From Candidatus Geocrenenecus huangii (GTDB lineage Archaea; Thermoproteota; Nitrososphaeria_A; Caldarchaeales; Wolframiiraptoraceae), in contig JALNLM010000001.1 in the NCBI GenBank assembly GCA_023254095.1, forward strand, positions 128,001 through 192,000: a stretch of 64,000 bases of DNA, in the 5' to 3' direction. The position numbers and the translations under genes are program-made. Below, piece by piece: positions 42,187 through 52,268 of this stretch (position 1 is its first letter; each line of letters starts with the position of its first letter). Under the pieces are notes generated by a model. It searched no databases and was not told the DNA's origin. It saw only the letters and a program-made list of their open reading frames with translations.

Positions 42187-42474
42187 ATCCAGAGTCTTCT
42201 CTACATTCTAACAGAGGTTTTCATAAATCTTTTCGTAGGAGTGATTCATCTTTGTAGATTGTCCCAACTTTCAGCCATTCCTAGAATTTATCAGATAGGA
42301 AGAAAATATCCTCATAAATCAGTACTATGATTTCCCGAGACGGCATTATCTCGTTGATCGTATTAGTCTACGCTACCGGAAATGCTTGGAAAATATCAGG
42401 TAACGAGAGTGGTGACCTCTTATTGTAATAGATTTTGATTTATTAAGTAGTTAGTGAAAATAAATTTCTAGACT

Positions 42475-44307
42475 ATGCATCATTCGAAGCTTGTCTTGAT
42501 GGGGAATGAAGCAATAGCTTACGGTGCTCTTACGGCGGGTGTAGCCGTAGCCTCAGGATATCCTGGAACTCCGTCCAGCGAGGTTCTTGATACTCTCCTA
42601 GAACTCATAGCATCCGAAGAGGTTAGTAGACCATATGTTGAGTGGGCAGTGAATGAGAGAGTAGCCTTCGAGATCTGTCTAGGAGCATCACTCGCTGGTG
42701 CTCGTTCACTTGTAACTATGAAGGGTCCTGGACTGAATGTCGCCTCTGACCCTTTATTGTCTTCAGCTTATTCCGGTGTCGAAGCTGGGATGCTTATACT
42801 TGTAGCAGATGACCCTGGACCCCATACAACGCAGACCGAGCAGGATAGTAGATGGTATGGTGAATTAGCTAAGCTTCCTGTTATAGAGCCTTCAGATCCT
42901 CAGGAGGCATATGAATACACTATTGTAGGATACGAGCTAAGTGAAGAGATCAAGATGCCGGTCATCATGAGGACGACTACAAGAGTGAATCATACTGTAA
43001 GTGATGTAGAAGTAAGAGAATTTAAAGACCCAAGTTATACACCATCTTTCTCTAAAAATCCTAAAAGGTACATTCGGGCCGTGATGGCCCTGAATAGAGA
43101 AAGACACGGTGAAGTATTAGAAACATTAGATAGTGTTGAGCCTCTCGCTGAGAAGTTTAGGTTATGCAGGGTTGAAGGCTCAGGAGAAGTCGGAATAGTT
43201 TGCTCAGGTGCAGTATACAATTACGTTTTAGAAGTGCTTGAGAAGAACGGTCTACTCTATAAGTACAAGATATTGAAGCTCGGCTTAATTCACCCACTGC
43301 CTAGGAAGACCGTAGCAGAATTCTTGAAGGAAGTTAGCAATGTAATAGTAGTTGAAGAAATAGACCCGTACCTAGAGATTAAGCTGAAAGCTTTAGCTCA
43401 TGATGCAGAGCTGGACGTCAAGATAGCCGGAAGACAAGAACTGTTTCCAAGAGTAGGTGAGCTTACTCTAGATGATGTAGAATCTGTATTGCTCAGCGAA
43501 AAACCTAATTCCCACAAGGTTAATCTACCTAGCCGGCCTCCTCCACTATGCCCTGGATGTCCACATATCGGAACCTACATGGGCTTGAGGATGGGGATTT
43601 CCAGAGCGGGATACAGATGGGGAGAGATACCGATAATGGGCGATATAGGATGCTATGCGCTCGGTCTGAACCCTCCTTTCGAGGCCATCTGGACTGAGCA
43701 TAGCATGGGTGCAAGCATATCTATGGCCATGGGGTTAAAGGTTGCAGGCTATCCGAAACCAGTGGTAGCAGTTATAGGTGATAGCACTTTCTACCACTCT
43801 GGGATAACGTCCCTCATAGAAGCAGTCCACAAGAATGTAGACTTGCTCGTAGTAATAATGGATAACTCTACAGTAGCTATGACTGGACATCAACCAACAC
43901 CAGAATACGAGGAAAGCGTTAGCGGTAGAAGAATGAAGCCTCTGAGTCTAGAAAAAGTGGTTAGAGGGCTTGGAGCTGAAAAAATCGTGGTAGCTGACCC
44001 ATACAAATACAAAGATTTCGTAGAGACAGTTAGAGAACTCATAAACCAGCCGGGATTAAAAGTTATAATCTCTAAGAGAGCATGCGCCATCCTAGCTAAG
44101 AAAACAGGGGTCGGTCAAGTCTGCTGGATAGACCCTGAAAAATGCACTAATTGTTTAGCATGCGTAAAAACTACAGGATGCCCAGCTTTAACCCTTCTTG
44201 AAAAAAGAGTAGACATTATTGAGAGCGAATGCGTTGGATGTACATTATGTATGCAGGTATGTCCATACAATGCTATACTCGTCAAAAAGAGGGGAGAGGT
44301 AAAGTAA
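42475..44307 (+). CDS. iorA: Indolepyruvate:ferredoxin oxidoreductase alpha subunit
   Basis: GNEAIA, YPGTPSSE, GLNVASD, RPPPLCPGCPH, GDIGC, GDSTF; C-terminal 2x[4Fe-4S]. Confidence 0.94.
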   Translation: MHHSKLVLMGNEAIAYGALTAGVAVASGYPGTPSSEVLDTLLELIASEEVSRPYVEWAVNERVAFEICLGASLAGARSLVTMKGPGLNVASDPLLSSAYSGVEAGMLILVADDPGPHTTQTEQDSRWYGELAKLPVIEPSDPQEAYEYTIVGYELSEEIKMPVIMRTTTRVNHTVSDVEVREFKDPSYTPSFSKNPKRYIRAVMALNRERHGEVLETLDSVEPLAEKFRLCRVEGSGEVGIVCSGAVYNYVLEVLEKNGLLYKYKILKLGLIHPLPRKTVAEFLKEVSNVIVVEEIDPYLEIKLKALAHDAELDVKIAGRQELFPRVGELTLDDVESVLLSEKPNSHKVNLPSRPPPLCPGCPHIGTYMGLRMGISRAGYRWGEIPIMGDIGCYALGLNPPFEAIWTEHSMGASISMAMGLKVAGYPKPVVAVIGDSTFYHSGITSLIEAVHKNVDLLVVIMDNSTVAMTGHQPTPEYEESVSGRRMKPLSLEKVVRGLGAEKIVVADPYKYKDFVETVRELINQPGLKVIISKRACAILAKKTGVGQVCWIDPEKCTNCLACVKTTGCPALTLLEKRVDIIESECVGCTLCMQVCPYNAILVKKRGEVK

Positions 44308-44888
44308 TGATGAATGAATACTCTATCGTTATAGCTGGAGTAGGCGGACAAGGAGGGTTAACACTTTCGAGGATTATAGCTACTGCTGCCACTTTATCAG
44401 GTCTAAGCGTGAAGACCGGTGAAACACTTGGAATGGCTCAGAGAGGAGGAAGTGTTCAAAGCTATATAAAGATAGGGAAAAAGGTTAGAAGCCCATTGAT
44501 AAGAAAAGATAGTGCAGATGCCTTGATTGGCTTAGAACCGCTAGAAGCCGTTCGTGCACTAAGGTACATTGGTCCACAAACGAAGATCATACTAGATCCT
44601 GAGCCTGTTCCAACGATATTCAATCTAGTTGGAAGAGAAGATTATCCAAAGATTGAAGATCTCTTAGGAAAACTCATGGAAAAAACTAGGCATCTATATA
44701 TTGTTCAGGCTAGGAGGGAGGCAGAAGCATTGAATTCTAGACCCTCCGCAAACATGATACTGCTAGGTAAGCTTTTCTCAATAAACGCTTTCCTACCATC
44801 CGATAAAATTGAAGAAGCCATAAGATTAGTCCTAAGACGAAAAGCCGATAAAGCCATTGCCGCGTACAAGAGAGGCGCAACTCTTTAA
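44307..44888 (+). CDS. iorB: Indolepyruvate:ferredoxin oxidoreductase beta subunit
   Basis: GVGGQG, GMAQRGGSV, EPLEAVR, NMILLG; start set at ATG 44307 (or 44310) after GAGGT. Confidence 0.92.
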   Translation: MMNEYSIVIAGVGGQGGLTLSRIIATAATLSGLSVKTGETLGMAQRGGSVQSYIKIGKKVRSPLIRKDSADALIGLEPLEAVRALRYIGPQTKIILDPEPVPTIFNLVGREDYPKIEDLLGKLMEKTRHLYIVQARREAEALNSRPSANMILLGKLFSINAFLPSDKIEEAIRLVLRRKADKAIAAYKRGATL

Positions 44889-44985
44889 TTAGTTCCTCCT
44901 ATGTTGAACCTGAGGTTATCCAATTTAGACTAGCACTAGCTTTGTAAAATAATCCTTATTAGTTTCATGCTGTATAAAGTCGTCG

Positions 44986-47334
44986 ATGAGCTCAACAGCA
45001 GTTCTACAAGCCCAGAAAGATGAATACGACATTCTTCGAGAATGGATGAAAGCTAGAGAATTCATATATGTCGGAAGAGAAGTTAAGAGGATAGATGCTT
45101 TAGAGAAGGTTCTAGGTAAGTCTAAGTATGTTGAAGACCATCTTGTAGAGGGTCTAACGTATGCTAGGATAGTGAAGAGCAGCATCCCTCACGGCATTAT
45201 ACAATCTATCAAGCCTGGAAGAGCAGTTGATCATCCTGACTTCATAGCTCTAGTAACAAGTGAAGACGTTCCAGGACTAAATCAGGTAGGATACTATATC
45301 CCTGACCAGCCTGCATTAGCTGAGAGAAAGGTAAGATTCTACGGAGAACCCGTAGCGCTCATCGTCGCATCAAAAACACGTTCCGCTGAAGAACTGAGAG
45401 AATTAGTTGAAGTAGAGATTAAACCATTGGAAGCTGTCTTCGACCCCTTTGAAGCATTAAAAGATAGAGTACTGGTGCACGAAGAGCATGGTAGCAACAT
45501 CGTCCTGAGGACTAGGGTAAGGAAAGGAGATGCCGCAAAAGCTCTACAAGAATCAGACTATGTCGTCGAGAATGTTTATAGAGCCGGCCACCAAGATCAT
45601 GCATACCTTGAAACTGAGGGGGCCCTCGCCATACCGATGGATGGCGGGATGACCTTGATCCTTCCATGCCAGTATCCACATCTTGCTCAATCAATAATCT
45701 CGAGGGTCTTAGGAGTACCTCAGAGCAAGATTCGGATCATACAGCCAGTCGTAGGTGGAGGATTCGGTGGAAAAGACGACATGATCCCAATAGTGGGTGC
45801 ACAGGCAGCTATAGCTGCATACAAAGTTCGTAGACCAGTATTGTTGACATATACTAGAGAGGATAGCTTCACAAGTCATTGTAAACGTGACCCGGCATAC
45901 ATAAGGTATAGAAGCGGCGCAAACAAAGATGGAAGACTTACAGTAGTAGATGTTGACATAATATTTGATGCTGGAGCATACGCTAACCGCGGCCCCTTCA
46001 CTCTGTGGAGGGCTACTGCTCATTCTACTGGGCCATACGAAGTACCTAATGTTGATGCTAGAGGGACGCTCGTCTACACGAACAAGATCTATCAGGGAAG
46101 TTTCAGAGGCTTCGGGAACCCCCAGATACAGTTTGCCGCAGAAAGACAGATGGATGAATTAGCTGAAAAGATTGGGTTGGACCCCGTAGAGTTTAGATTG
46201 AAAAACATTCTGAGACCTGGTAGTAGAACTTCAACTAACCAGTTACTAGAAGACAGCGTCGGTGTAGGTGAAGCTTTAGCGAGAGTCGCCGAGAAATGTG
46301 ACTGGCGTGAGAAGAGGAGAAATTATGGCAAGATCGTTGATGGAAAAGCAAGGGGGATAGGTGTAGCATGCGCATGGCATGGGATCAGTACTAGTAGAGG
46401 AGTCCCAGATTGGTGTAATGCATACATAAATGTTGGAAAAGATGGAGGCGTGGTAATATATACTGGGATTGTGGAGATAGGTCAAGGAAGTCATACTGGA
46501 TTGATCCAGATAGCTGCAGAGGTTTTGGGGATACCACCCGAGAAGATAAACCTGGTTGGTGGAACAAGTGATGCACCAGATACTGGAGCGACACATGGAT
46601 CTAGAGGGTTAAGCTTCGGGGGCACCGCCATACTTATAGCTGCATCAAAAATTAGAAAGAGTGTACAGAGAGTTGCTTCGAGAATTCTCGAATGTTCTCC
46701 CGAAGATATTGAGATGAAAGATGGGTGGGTGTATAGTAGGAGTAAACCTGAGAAGAAGATTACTTGGGAGGAGGCTGTCAAGAGATGTTATGCTGAGGGA
46801 GAAGAGATGACCGCTACAGGATACTTTTTCATGCCTAAAGGTAGATTTGATGAAGAAAAAGGACAAGGATTCGCATACATCGTCTTCAGCTACATGGTTG
46901 TCGCAGCTGAAGTCGAGGTGGACGTAGAGACTGGCTTAACGAGGGTGTTGAAAGTTTGGCCCGCTATATGTGCAGGAAAGATAATAAACCCGAAGCTCGC
47001 CACAACCCAGATAAATGGAGCCATCATGCAGGGAATAGGATATACGTTGATGGAGGAGGTAAAGATTGAAGATGGAAGAATACTGAACCCTAACTTTACA
47101 GATTACCTCGTCCCAACAATCGCAGACCTACCAGAGATAGAAGAACCGATATTCGTAGAAGACTACTTCAAGTTTGGTCCATTCGGAGCGAAAGGATTGG
47201 CTGAGATGGCTTTGATACCGATTCCAGCGGCTATAGCTAATGCTATCAAGAATGCAGTCGGAGTTGGACCTTTAGAGATACCGTATACTTCTGAGAAACT
47301 CTTCGAGAATTTGTCTAGAAGGGGGAGGAGATGA
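44986..47334 (+). CDS. Xanthine dehydrogenase-family molybdopterin-binding large subunit
   Basis: HAYLE, VGGGFGGK, SFRGFGNPQ, GKIINP, GPFGAKGLAE. Confidence 0.92.
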   Translation: MSSTAVLQAQKDEYDILREWMKAREFIYVGREVKRIDALEKVLGKSKYVEDHLVEGLTYARIVKSSIPHGIIQSIKPGRAVDHPDFIALVTSEDVPGLNQVGYYIPDQPALAERKVRFYGEPVALIVASKTRSAEELRELVEVEIKPLEAVFDPFEALKDRVLVHEEHGSNIVLRTRVRKGDAAKALQESDYVVENVYRAGHQDHAYLETEGALAIPMDGGMTLILPCQYPHLAQSIISRVLGVPQSKIRIIQPVVGGGFGGKDDMIPIVGAQAAIAAYKVRRPVLLTYTREDSFTSHCKRDPAYIRYRSGANKDGRLTVVDVDIIFDAGAYANRGPFTLWRATAHSTGPYEVPNVDARGTLVYTNKIYQGSFRGFGNPQIQFAAERQMDELAEKIGLDPVEFRLKNILRPGSRTSTNQLLEDSVGVGEALARVAEKCDWREKRRNYGKIVDGKARGIGVACAWHGISTSRGVPDWCNAYINVGKDGGVVIYTGIVEIGQGSHTGLIQIAAEVLGIPPEKINLVGGTSDAPDTGATHGSRGLSFGGTAILIAASKIRKSVQRVASRILECSPEDIEMKDGWVYSRSKPEKKITWEEAVKRCYAEGEEMTATGYFFMPKGRFDEEKGQGFAYIVFSYMVVAAEVEVDVETGLTRVLKVWPAICAGKIINPKLATTQINGAIMQGIGYTLMEEVKIEDGRILNPNFTDYLVPTIADLPEIEEPIFVEDYFKFGPFGAKGLAEMALIPIPAAIANAIKNAVGVGPLEIPYTSEKLFENLSRRGRR

Positions 47335-48197
47335 TCCCGAAAGTAGAGTATTACAGGTTTAAAGCTCTCGACGATGCATTAAGGTTTCTGAGGCAATATC
47401 CCGGCTCTAAGATACTGGCTGGAGGAACAGACCTAGTTGTACAGTTGAGATCGGGAAAAACGGCCGCCAGAAAATTAGTCGACATCTCCGGAATAGATGA
47501 ATTAAGGTATATTCGAGATGAAGATGGATACATTAGGATAGGCGCTTTAACAACAATAGAAGAATTAAAGAATAGCGAGACCGTTAGAGACCATGCTCAA
47601 CTTTTATGGAAGGCGGCAAACAATTTCGCTGTCTGGCAGATTAGAAATATAGCGACTATCGGAGGCAACATATGTAATGCTTCTCCAGCAGCTGATACCG
47701 TTCCACCATTGATAGTCCTGAATGCAAGACTTAGACTTCAAAACGTCGACCGACAAAGAGAGATCAAGGTGGAGGAATTCTTTAAAGGTCCGGGAGAAAC
47801 AGTCATGGAAAAAGATGAAATCTTAACTGAAATAGTGATACCCAAGAAAGATAGTGGCTGGAGATACAGCTTCATCAAGCTTGGAAAAAGACATAGCCAT
47901 ATTCTAAGTATCGTAAACGTGGCCGTAGGTCTAAAAACATATAAAGACATGATAGAGGATGTCATTGTAGCTTTGGGAAGCGTGGCCCCCACGCCTGTCA
48001 GAGCTAGAAGCGTAGAAGATTACTTGAAAAATCACCGTATAACGAGAACAAGATTAGAAGAGGCATCACAACAAGTTGTAAAAGACATTAAGCCTATCTC
48101 TGACATAAGAGCCTCAGCAGAGTATAGAATAGAGATGTCGAAGATATTGGTGAGAAGAGCATTAAACGAATGTCTAAAAAACGTGTTTACAACTTAA
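47331..48197 (+). CDS. Molybdo-hydroxylase FAD-binding medium subunit
   Basis: AGGTDL, QIRNIATIGGN, ASPAAD, PISDIRAS.EYR. Confidence 0.93.
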   Translation: MIPKVEYYRFKALDDALRFLRQYPGSKILAGGTDLVVQLRSGKTAARKLVDISGIDELRYIRDEDGYIRIGALTTIEELKNSETVRDHAQLLWKAANNFAVWQIRNIATIGGNICNASPAADTVPPLIVLNARLRLQNVDRQREIKVEEFFKGPGETVMEKDEILTEIVIPKKDSGWRYSFIKLGKRHSHILSIVNVAVGLKTYKDMIEDVIVALGSVAPTPVRARSVEDYLKNHRITRTRLEEASQQVVKDIKPISDIRASAEYRIEMSKILVRRALNECLKNVFTT

Positions 48198-48261
48198 TGA
48201 ATTTAGGACATGGACATTAATTAAACAGGAGAAAACGCTATGTATTTAAGTAGGGAATAAC

Positions 48262-48747
48262 ATGACTAGCTCGATGGGTAGCAGTGAAAAAGAAGTAGAG
48301 AAGAATGTAGAAGAGTCGAAGCAAGCTACTGGAGCCGCTATCCCTGCTCCACCCACTAAGAAAACCCTAAAATGGGGTATCGTCCACATATACTCCAGCT
48401 ACAACAACATCTTAGTACATGTCACGGATCTTACGGGTGCTGAAACGATCGCTAAGGCTTCAGGCGGAATGTTTGTAGATGCTGGTAGACTCGAACCAAC
48501 ACCATACGCAGCTACTAGAGCAGCATCATATGTTATGGAGATCGCTAAAGCCAAGGGGATAAACGCTGTACACATAAAGGTTCGAGCACCTGGCGGAGTC
48601 AAAGCTAGAACTCCTGGTCCTGGAACCCAAGCCGCTATTAGGGCCATAGCTAGGTCGGGTGTAATGATAGGCAGGATAGAAGACGTAACCCCGATACCGC
48701 ATGACTCAGTAAGAAAGAAGGGTGGAAGAAGGGGAAGAAGAGTCTAA
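48262..48747 (+). CDS. rps11: 30S ribosomal protein uS11
   Basis: [34 protein letters not shown]. Confidence 0.96.
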   Translation: MTSSMGSSEKEVEKNVEESKQATGAAIPAPPTKKTLKWGIVHIYSSYNNILVHVTDLTGAETIAKASGGMFVDAGRLEPTPYAATRAASYVMEIAKAKGINAVHIKVRAPGGVKARTPGPGTQAAIRAIARSGVMIGRIEDVTPIPHDSVRKKGGRRGRRV

Positions 48748-48840
48748 AACAGATCAATCACCTATAAAAAATATCCTGTATTCGAAGTCTTTAATGAAGC
48801 ATGCTAAACTTTTTAGGGCTACAACTATCTACTCTTAGTT

Positions 48841-49818
48841 GTGTCGGAGGAGGAGTTCTACATCGGAGTAGATCTAGGGGCCACAAATATAAGAGCCGCG
48901 TTAGCCGATTCTTCTAGTAGAATTCATAGAAAGATAAGAGAACGAACTATTAGAAATTGTTCAGGGGAGAAGCTGGTTCAGCAAATCTGTAAACTTATAA
49001 GAAAGATTGGGGAAGAAGAATTAGATAAAGTCCGAGCAATAGGGGTAGGCACTATCGGCCCACTAGATTACCGGAGGGGAGTTTTACTTAATCCTGCGAA
49101 CCTTCCTGCAGGGGAAGTCCCTCTAGAAGAGTCGCTGAGAAAAGAATTCATGGTTCCAGTGTATGTTCTAAATGATTGTACTACAGCTGTACTAGGCGAG
49201 AAGAAATTCGGTTTAGGGAAAAGCTTGGACAACATCTTCTACGTGACATTGAGTTCAGGTATAGGTGGAGGGGCTATAGTTGATGGAAACCTACTCGTAG
49301 GGAAGGATGGAAATGCTGTTGAAATAGGTCATATGGTTGTGGATGTTGATGGCAGGATGAAGTGTGGATGTGGAGGTAGAGGACACTGGGAAGCATACTG
49401 TTCTGGAAAGAATATTCCATCATTCGTTAAATACCTAGTCGAAACGTACCCACGCGAGTTCTCGAGCGAGAAGATCCGGAGACTAATCGAAGATAATACT
49501 CTAACATCACAGAATCTTTTCCAGCTGGCTAGAGAAGGAGACGAATATGCTTTAAAACTAGTTAAAGAGATAGGGAGAATTAATGCTATAGGGTTCGCGA
49601 ATATTAATACAATCTTCGACCCAGAACTGATTACGGTTGGAGGAGCTGTAGCTCTTCATAACCGGGAACTCATCATCGAGCCCATAGTTGGTTTAATAAG
49701 ACAATATACGATAAACAGGGTTCCAGCAATAAAGATAACCACTCTCGGTGATGACATTGTACTATATGGTGCGATAGCTCTAGCAATGGATCCGCCTAAG
49801 ATTTTAACTTGGAGATAG
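48841..49818 (+). CDS. ROK-family sugar kinase (glucokinase)
   Basis: GVDLGAT, ND, GIGGG, EIGH, CGCGGRGHWE. Confidence 0.92.
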   Translation: MSEEEFYIGVDLGATNIRAALADSSSRIHRKIRERTIRNCSGEKLVQQICKLIRKIGEEELDKVRAIGVGTIGPLDYRRGVLLNPANLPAGEVPLEESLRKEFMVPVYVLNDCTTAVLGEKKFGLGKSLDNIFYVTLSSGIGGGAIVDGNLLVGKDGNAVEIGHMVVDVDGRMKCGCGGRGHWEAYCSGKNIPSFVKYLVETYPREFSSEKIRRLIEDNTLTSQNLFQLAREGDEYALKLVKEIGRINAIGFANINTIFDPELITVGGAVALHNRELIIEPIVGLIRQYTINRVPAIKITTLGDDIVLYGAIALAMDPPKILTWR

Positions 49819-49883
49819 CTGAAAACCAGCAATCACAGATTTAGAAATAATAGTTAATTATAGATGTATCGAATGTAATTGGT

Positions 49884-50174
49884 ATGAGTTTAGCGTATTT
49901 TCAGAAACTTATGGCTGAGACTTATCTGGAAAGAGACTTGAAGAGGGGGGCTGATAAGACACTTTTATGGATGATGAGTGAGGCAGGAGAAGTTGCAGAC
50001 GCATTCTTGAAGAAAGATCTTGAACAGCTCAAGAATGAGGTATCAGACCTCCTCGCATGGCTTCTAAGTTTTTGTAACGTTGCGGGGATAGACCTTGAAG
50101 ATGCATTCCTAGAGAAGTATGGTCGAGGATGCCCACAATGCGGGATGAAGCCATGTACTTGCAACTTCAGGTAA
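49884..50174 (+). CDS. MazG-like nucleotide pyrophosphohydrolase
   Basis: SEAGEVA, EVSDLLAW; C-terminal CPQC..PCTC. Confidence 0.88.
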   Translation: MSLAYFQKLMAETYLERDLKRGADKTLLWMMSEAGEVADAFLKKDLEQLKNEVSDLLAWLLSFCNVAGIDLEDAFLEKYGRGCPQCGMKPCTCNFR

Positions 50175-50261
50175 AGGAGACGAACAGCGTCTTCATGATA
50201 AAGTTTCAAAGATAACGTAGGGATAATCTTAAGAACGAGTATATGTAATATTTCCTAGGGT

Positions 50262-51512
50262 TTGCCGATACTCCTGCATTATTCTAGGATGGGGAGAAGT
50301 GAGATAAGTCTTGAAAGGAAGATTGATTGCCCAGTATGCCTAGGTGATTTCAAGAATTGCAGGCTCGAGAAGTGCCCTTATCTGAAAGATGTCAGAGACT
50401 TGTTGCTAAAAATTTCTAAGGTGAAGATTATCCATGGTTCCTCACCTCCTTCCACACTCGTAGGTTCATGGGGCTACCCGAAGGTGAATCTCGGCCCCCT
50501 CCTATCTCCAACCCTAGAATACGTGGGATTGATGGAGAAGTACGAGCACTGGCTGGATATACCTTTAGAGAAGATATTATCAATGCGGTTAAGTCTAGTT
50601 TATGGTAGAAAAACTATAACGGTAGATGATGCTCGTAACCCAGGTAAACTACTCGAGACAATACAAGAAATCGCTCTATCACATGAACCAGTCGGCGTAG
50701 AAATGTTCTTGGAGAAGGAGCCTCGAGTTAGCTTAAACCTTTCTGTGAGAACAAGCCCCGTAGGCCCAACGGCGGTTCTGGATAAGATACAGTTATCTGA
50801 GAATCCTTCAACTTTATACATTGTTGAGAAGATCGTTTCAGACACGGACCTCAAAGCAGGCGAAGCAATAGAGAGACTCTACCTTAATGGTGTCCCCGAA
50901 TACGGTATAACCAGACTTCTTTCTCTCGGCATGATCGGGACAAAAGATCGGAGAAGGATTGTACCGACGGAATGGAGCATTACTGCAGTAGACGACGTTC
51001 TAGGCAAGAAATTCAGAAAACATGTAAAAACATATGAATGGATTACAGACTACCAAGTATACTTCTTTGAAGCCCACTACAATAAAGTGGTCATGTTGAT
51101 GATGCCTGGACCATGGAGTTTCGAACTCATAGAGATATGGAGGAGGCTGGGAGGATTCAAGATCTACATCGATTCTGAACTTCCAGGAGAAAAAGACAGG
51201 TATCCAGAAAACGTTGGAGGCGCATACCATGCTATCAGGCTGCCGATCTTGGAGAAACTATATAGAGATAAGAGGCAGGCTTCCGTCCTTGTCCTTGCAG
51301 AAATATACGAAGGCTGGATACCTCTAGGAGTCTGGAGGTTCAGAGAGATATCTAGAAGAGCCTTAAAGTGTCCTCCTAGAAAATTCAGCACGTTACGGGA
51401 GGCTCTAGATGAAGTAGAGAAAATAATTCTTACGGATAAAAGATATTGGAAGCGTCTATCGAGGATTTTAGAATTTCATGAATTTCAAGAAGACATTACA
51501 GATTTCTTATGA
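50262..51512 (+). CDS. nreA: Archaeal DNA repair protein Nre
   Basis: N-terminal Cys cluster, GSSPPS..VG..GYPKV, VPTEWSITAVDD, PLGVW; C-terminal PIP box QEDITDFL. Confidence 0.9.
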   Translation: MPILLHYSRMGRSEISLERKIDCPVCLGDFKNCRLEKCPYLKDVRDLLLKISKVKIIHGSSPPSTLVGSWGYPKVNLGPLLSPTLEYVGLMEKYEHWLDIPLEKILSMRLSLVYGRKTITVDDARNPGKLLETIQEIALSHEPVGVEMFLEKEPRVSLNLSVRTSPVGPTAVLDKIQLSENPSTLYIVEKIVSDTDLKAGEAIERLYLNGVPEYGITRLLSLGMIGTKDRRRIVPTEWSITAVDDVLGKKFRKHVKTYEWITDYQVYFFEAHYNKVVMLMMPGPWSFELIEIWRRLGGFKIYIDSELPGEKDRYPENVGGAYHAIRLPILEKLYRDKRQASVLVLAEIYEGWIPLGVWRFREISRRALKCPPRKFSTLREALDEVEKIILTDKRYWKRLSRILEFHEFQEDITDFL

Positions 51513-51585
51513 TTATATGGCTCAATTTACGCATGTCTTTGTTATATAATAAGAGATATAAATATCAATGCTATAGCTTAATAAC

Positions 51586-52206
51586 ATGCCTGAAACGTTG
51601 CCTAGATTTTATAGTCTTCCAAGCCTACCGTATAGTTATAAGTCGCTTGAACCATATATCTCAGAACAGCAGCTAACCATACATCACCAGAAACATCACC
51701 AAGCATATGTAACCACGGCTAACCAGTTATTGGAGAAACTTGATAAAGCTAGAAAAGAGAATGCAGACATAGATATGAGAGCTACTTTGAAAGCATTATC
51801 ATTCAACATCGGTGGCCACATACTCCATTCCCTATACTGGGAGAACATGGCCCCTCCGGGGAAAGGCGGAGGAAAACCAGGCGGGGTTCTCGCAGATAGA
51901 ATTGAGAAAGAATTTGGAAGTTTCGAGAGATTTAAGAAAGAACTTAATGAGACCGCTATGAGCGTGGAGGGGTCCGGGTGGGCTGCCCTAACATTATGTA
52001 GGCAGACAGATAGACTAATACCTATGCAGATAGAGAAACATAACACTAATGTCTACCCAATGTTTAGAATACTGTTCGTCGTAGATGTCTTCGAGCATGC
52101 CTACTACATTGACTACAAGAACAATAGGGGAGAGTATCTAGATAAGTTCTGGAACATCGTAAACTGGGACGAAGTAGATAATCGTCTTCAAAAAGCATTG
52201 AAGTAG
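51586..52206 (+). CDS. sod: Fe/Mn superoxide dismutase
   Basis: [27 protein letters not shown]. Confidence 0.96.
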   Translation: MPETLPRFYSLPSLPYSYKSLEPYISEQQLTIHHQKHHQAYVTTANQLLEKLDKARKENADIDMRATLKALSFNIGGHILHSLYWENMAPPGKGGGKPGGVLADRIEKEFGSFERFKKELNETAMSVEGSGWAALTLCRQTDRLIPMQIEKHNTNVYPMFRILFVVDVFEHAYYIDYKNNRGEYLDKFWNIVNWDEVDNRLQKALK

Positions 52207-52268
52207 AGCAGATGCCTGGGAAAAAATAAAACAAAATATTTTTTAATAATTTCAACAGAGCATTTAAT

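Noticed and set aside
42190-42470. Possible gene remnant in intergenic gap (similarly 17640-17880 and 27800-28130)
   Set aside because: Protein-like stretches with stops, but no family I can recognise; needs BLASTx
44229-44306. N-terminal extension of IorB
   Set aside because: Overlaps the iorA ferredoxin domain; homology and RBS begin at 44307/44310
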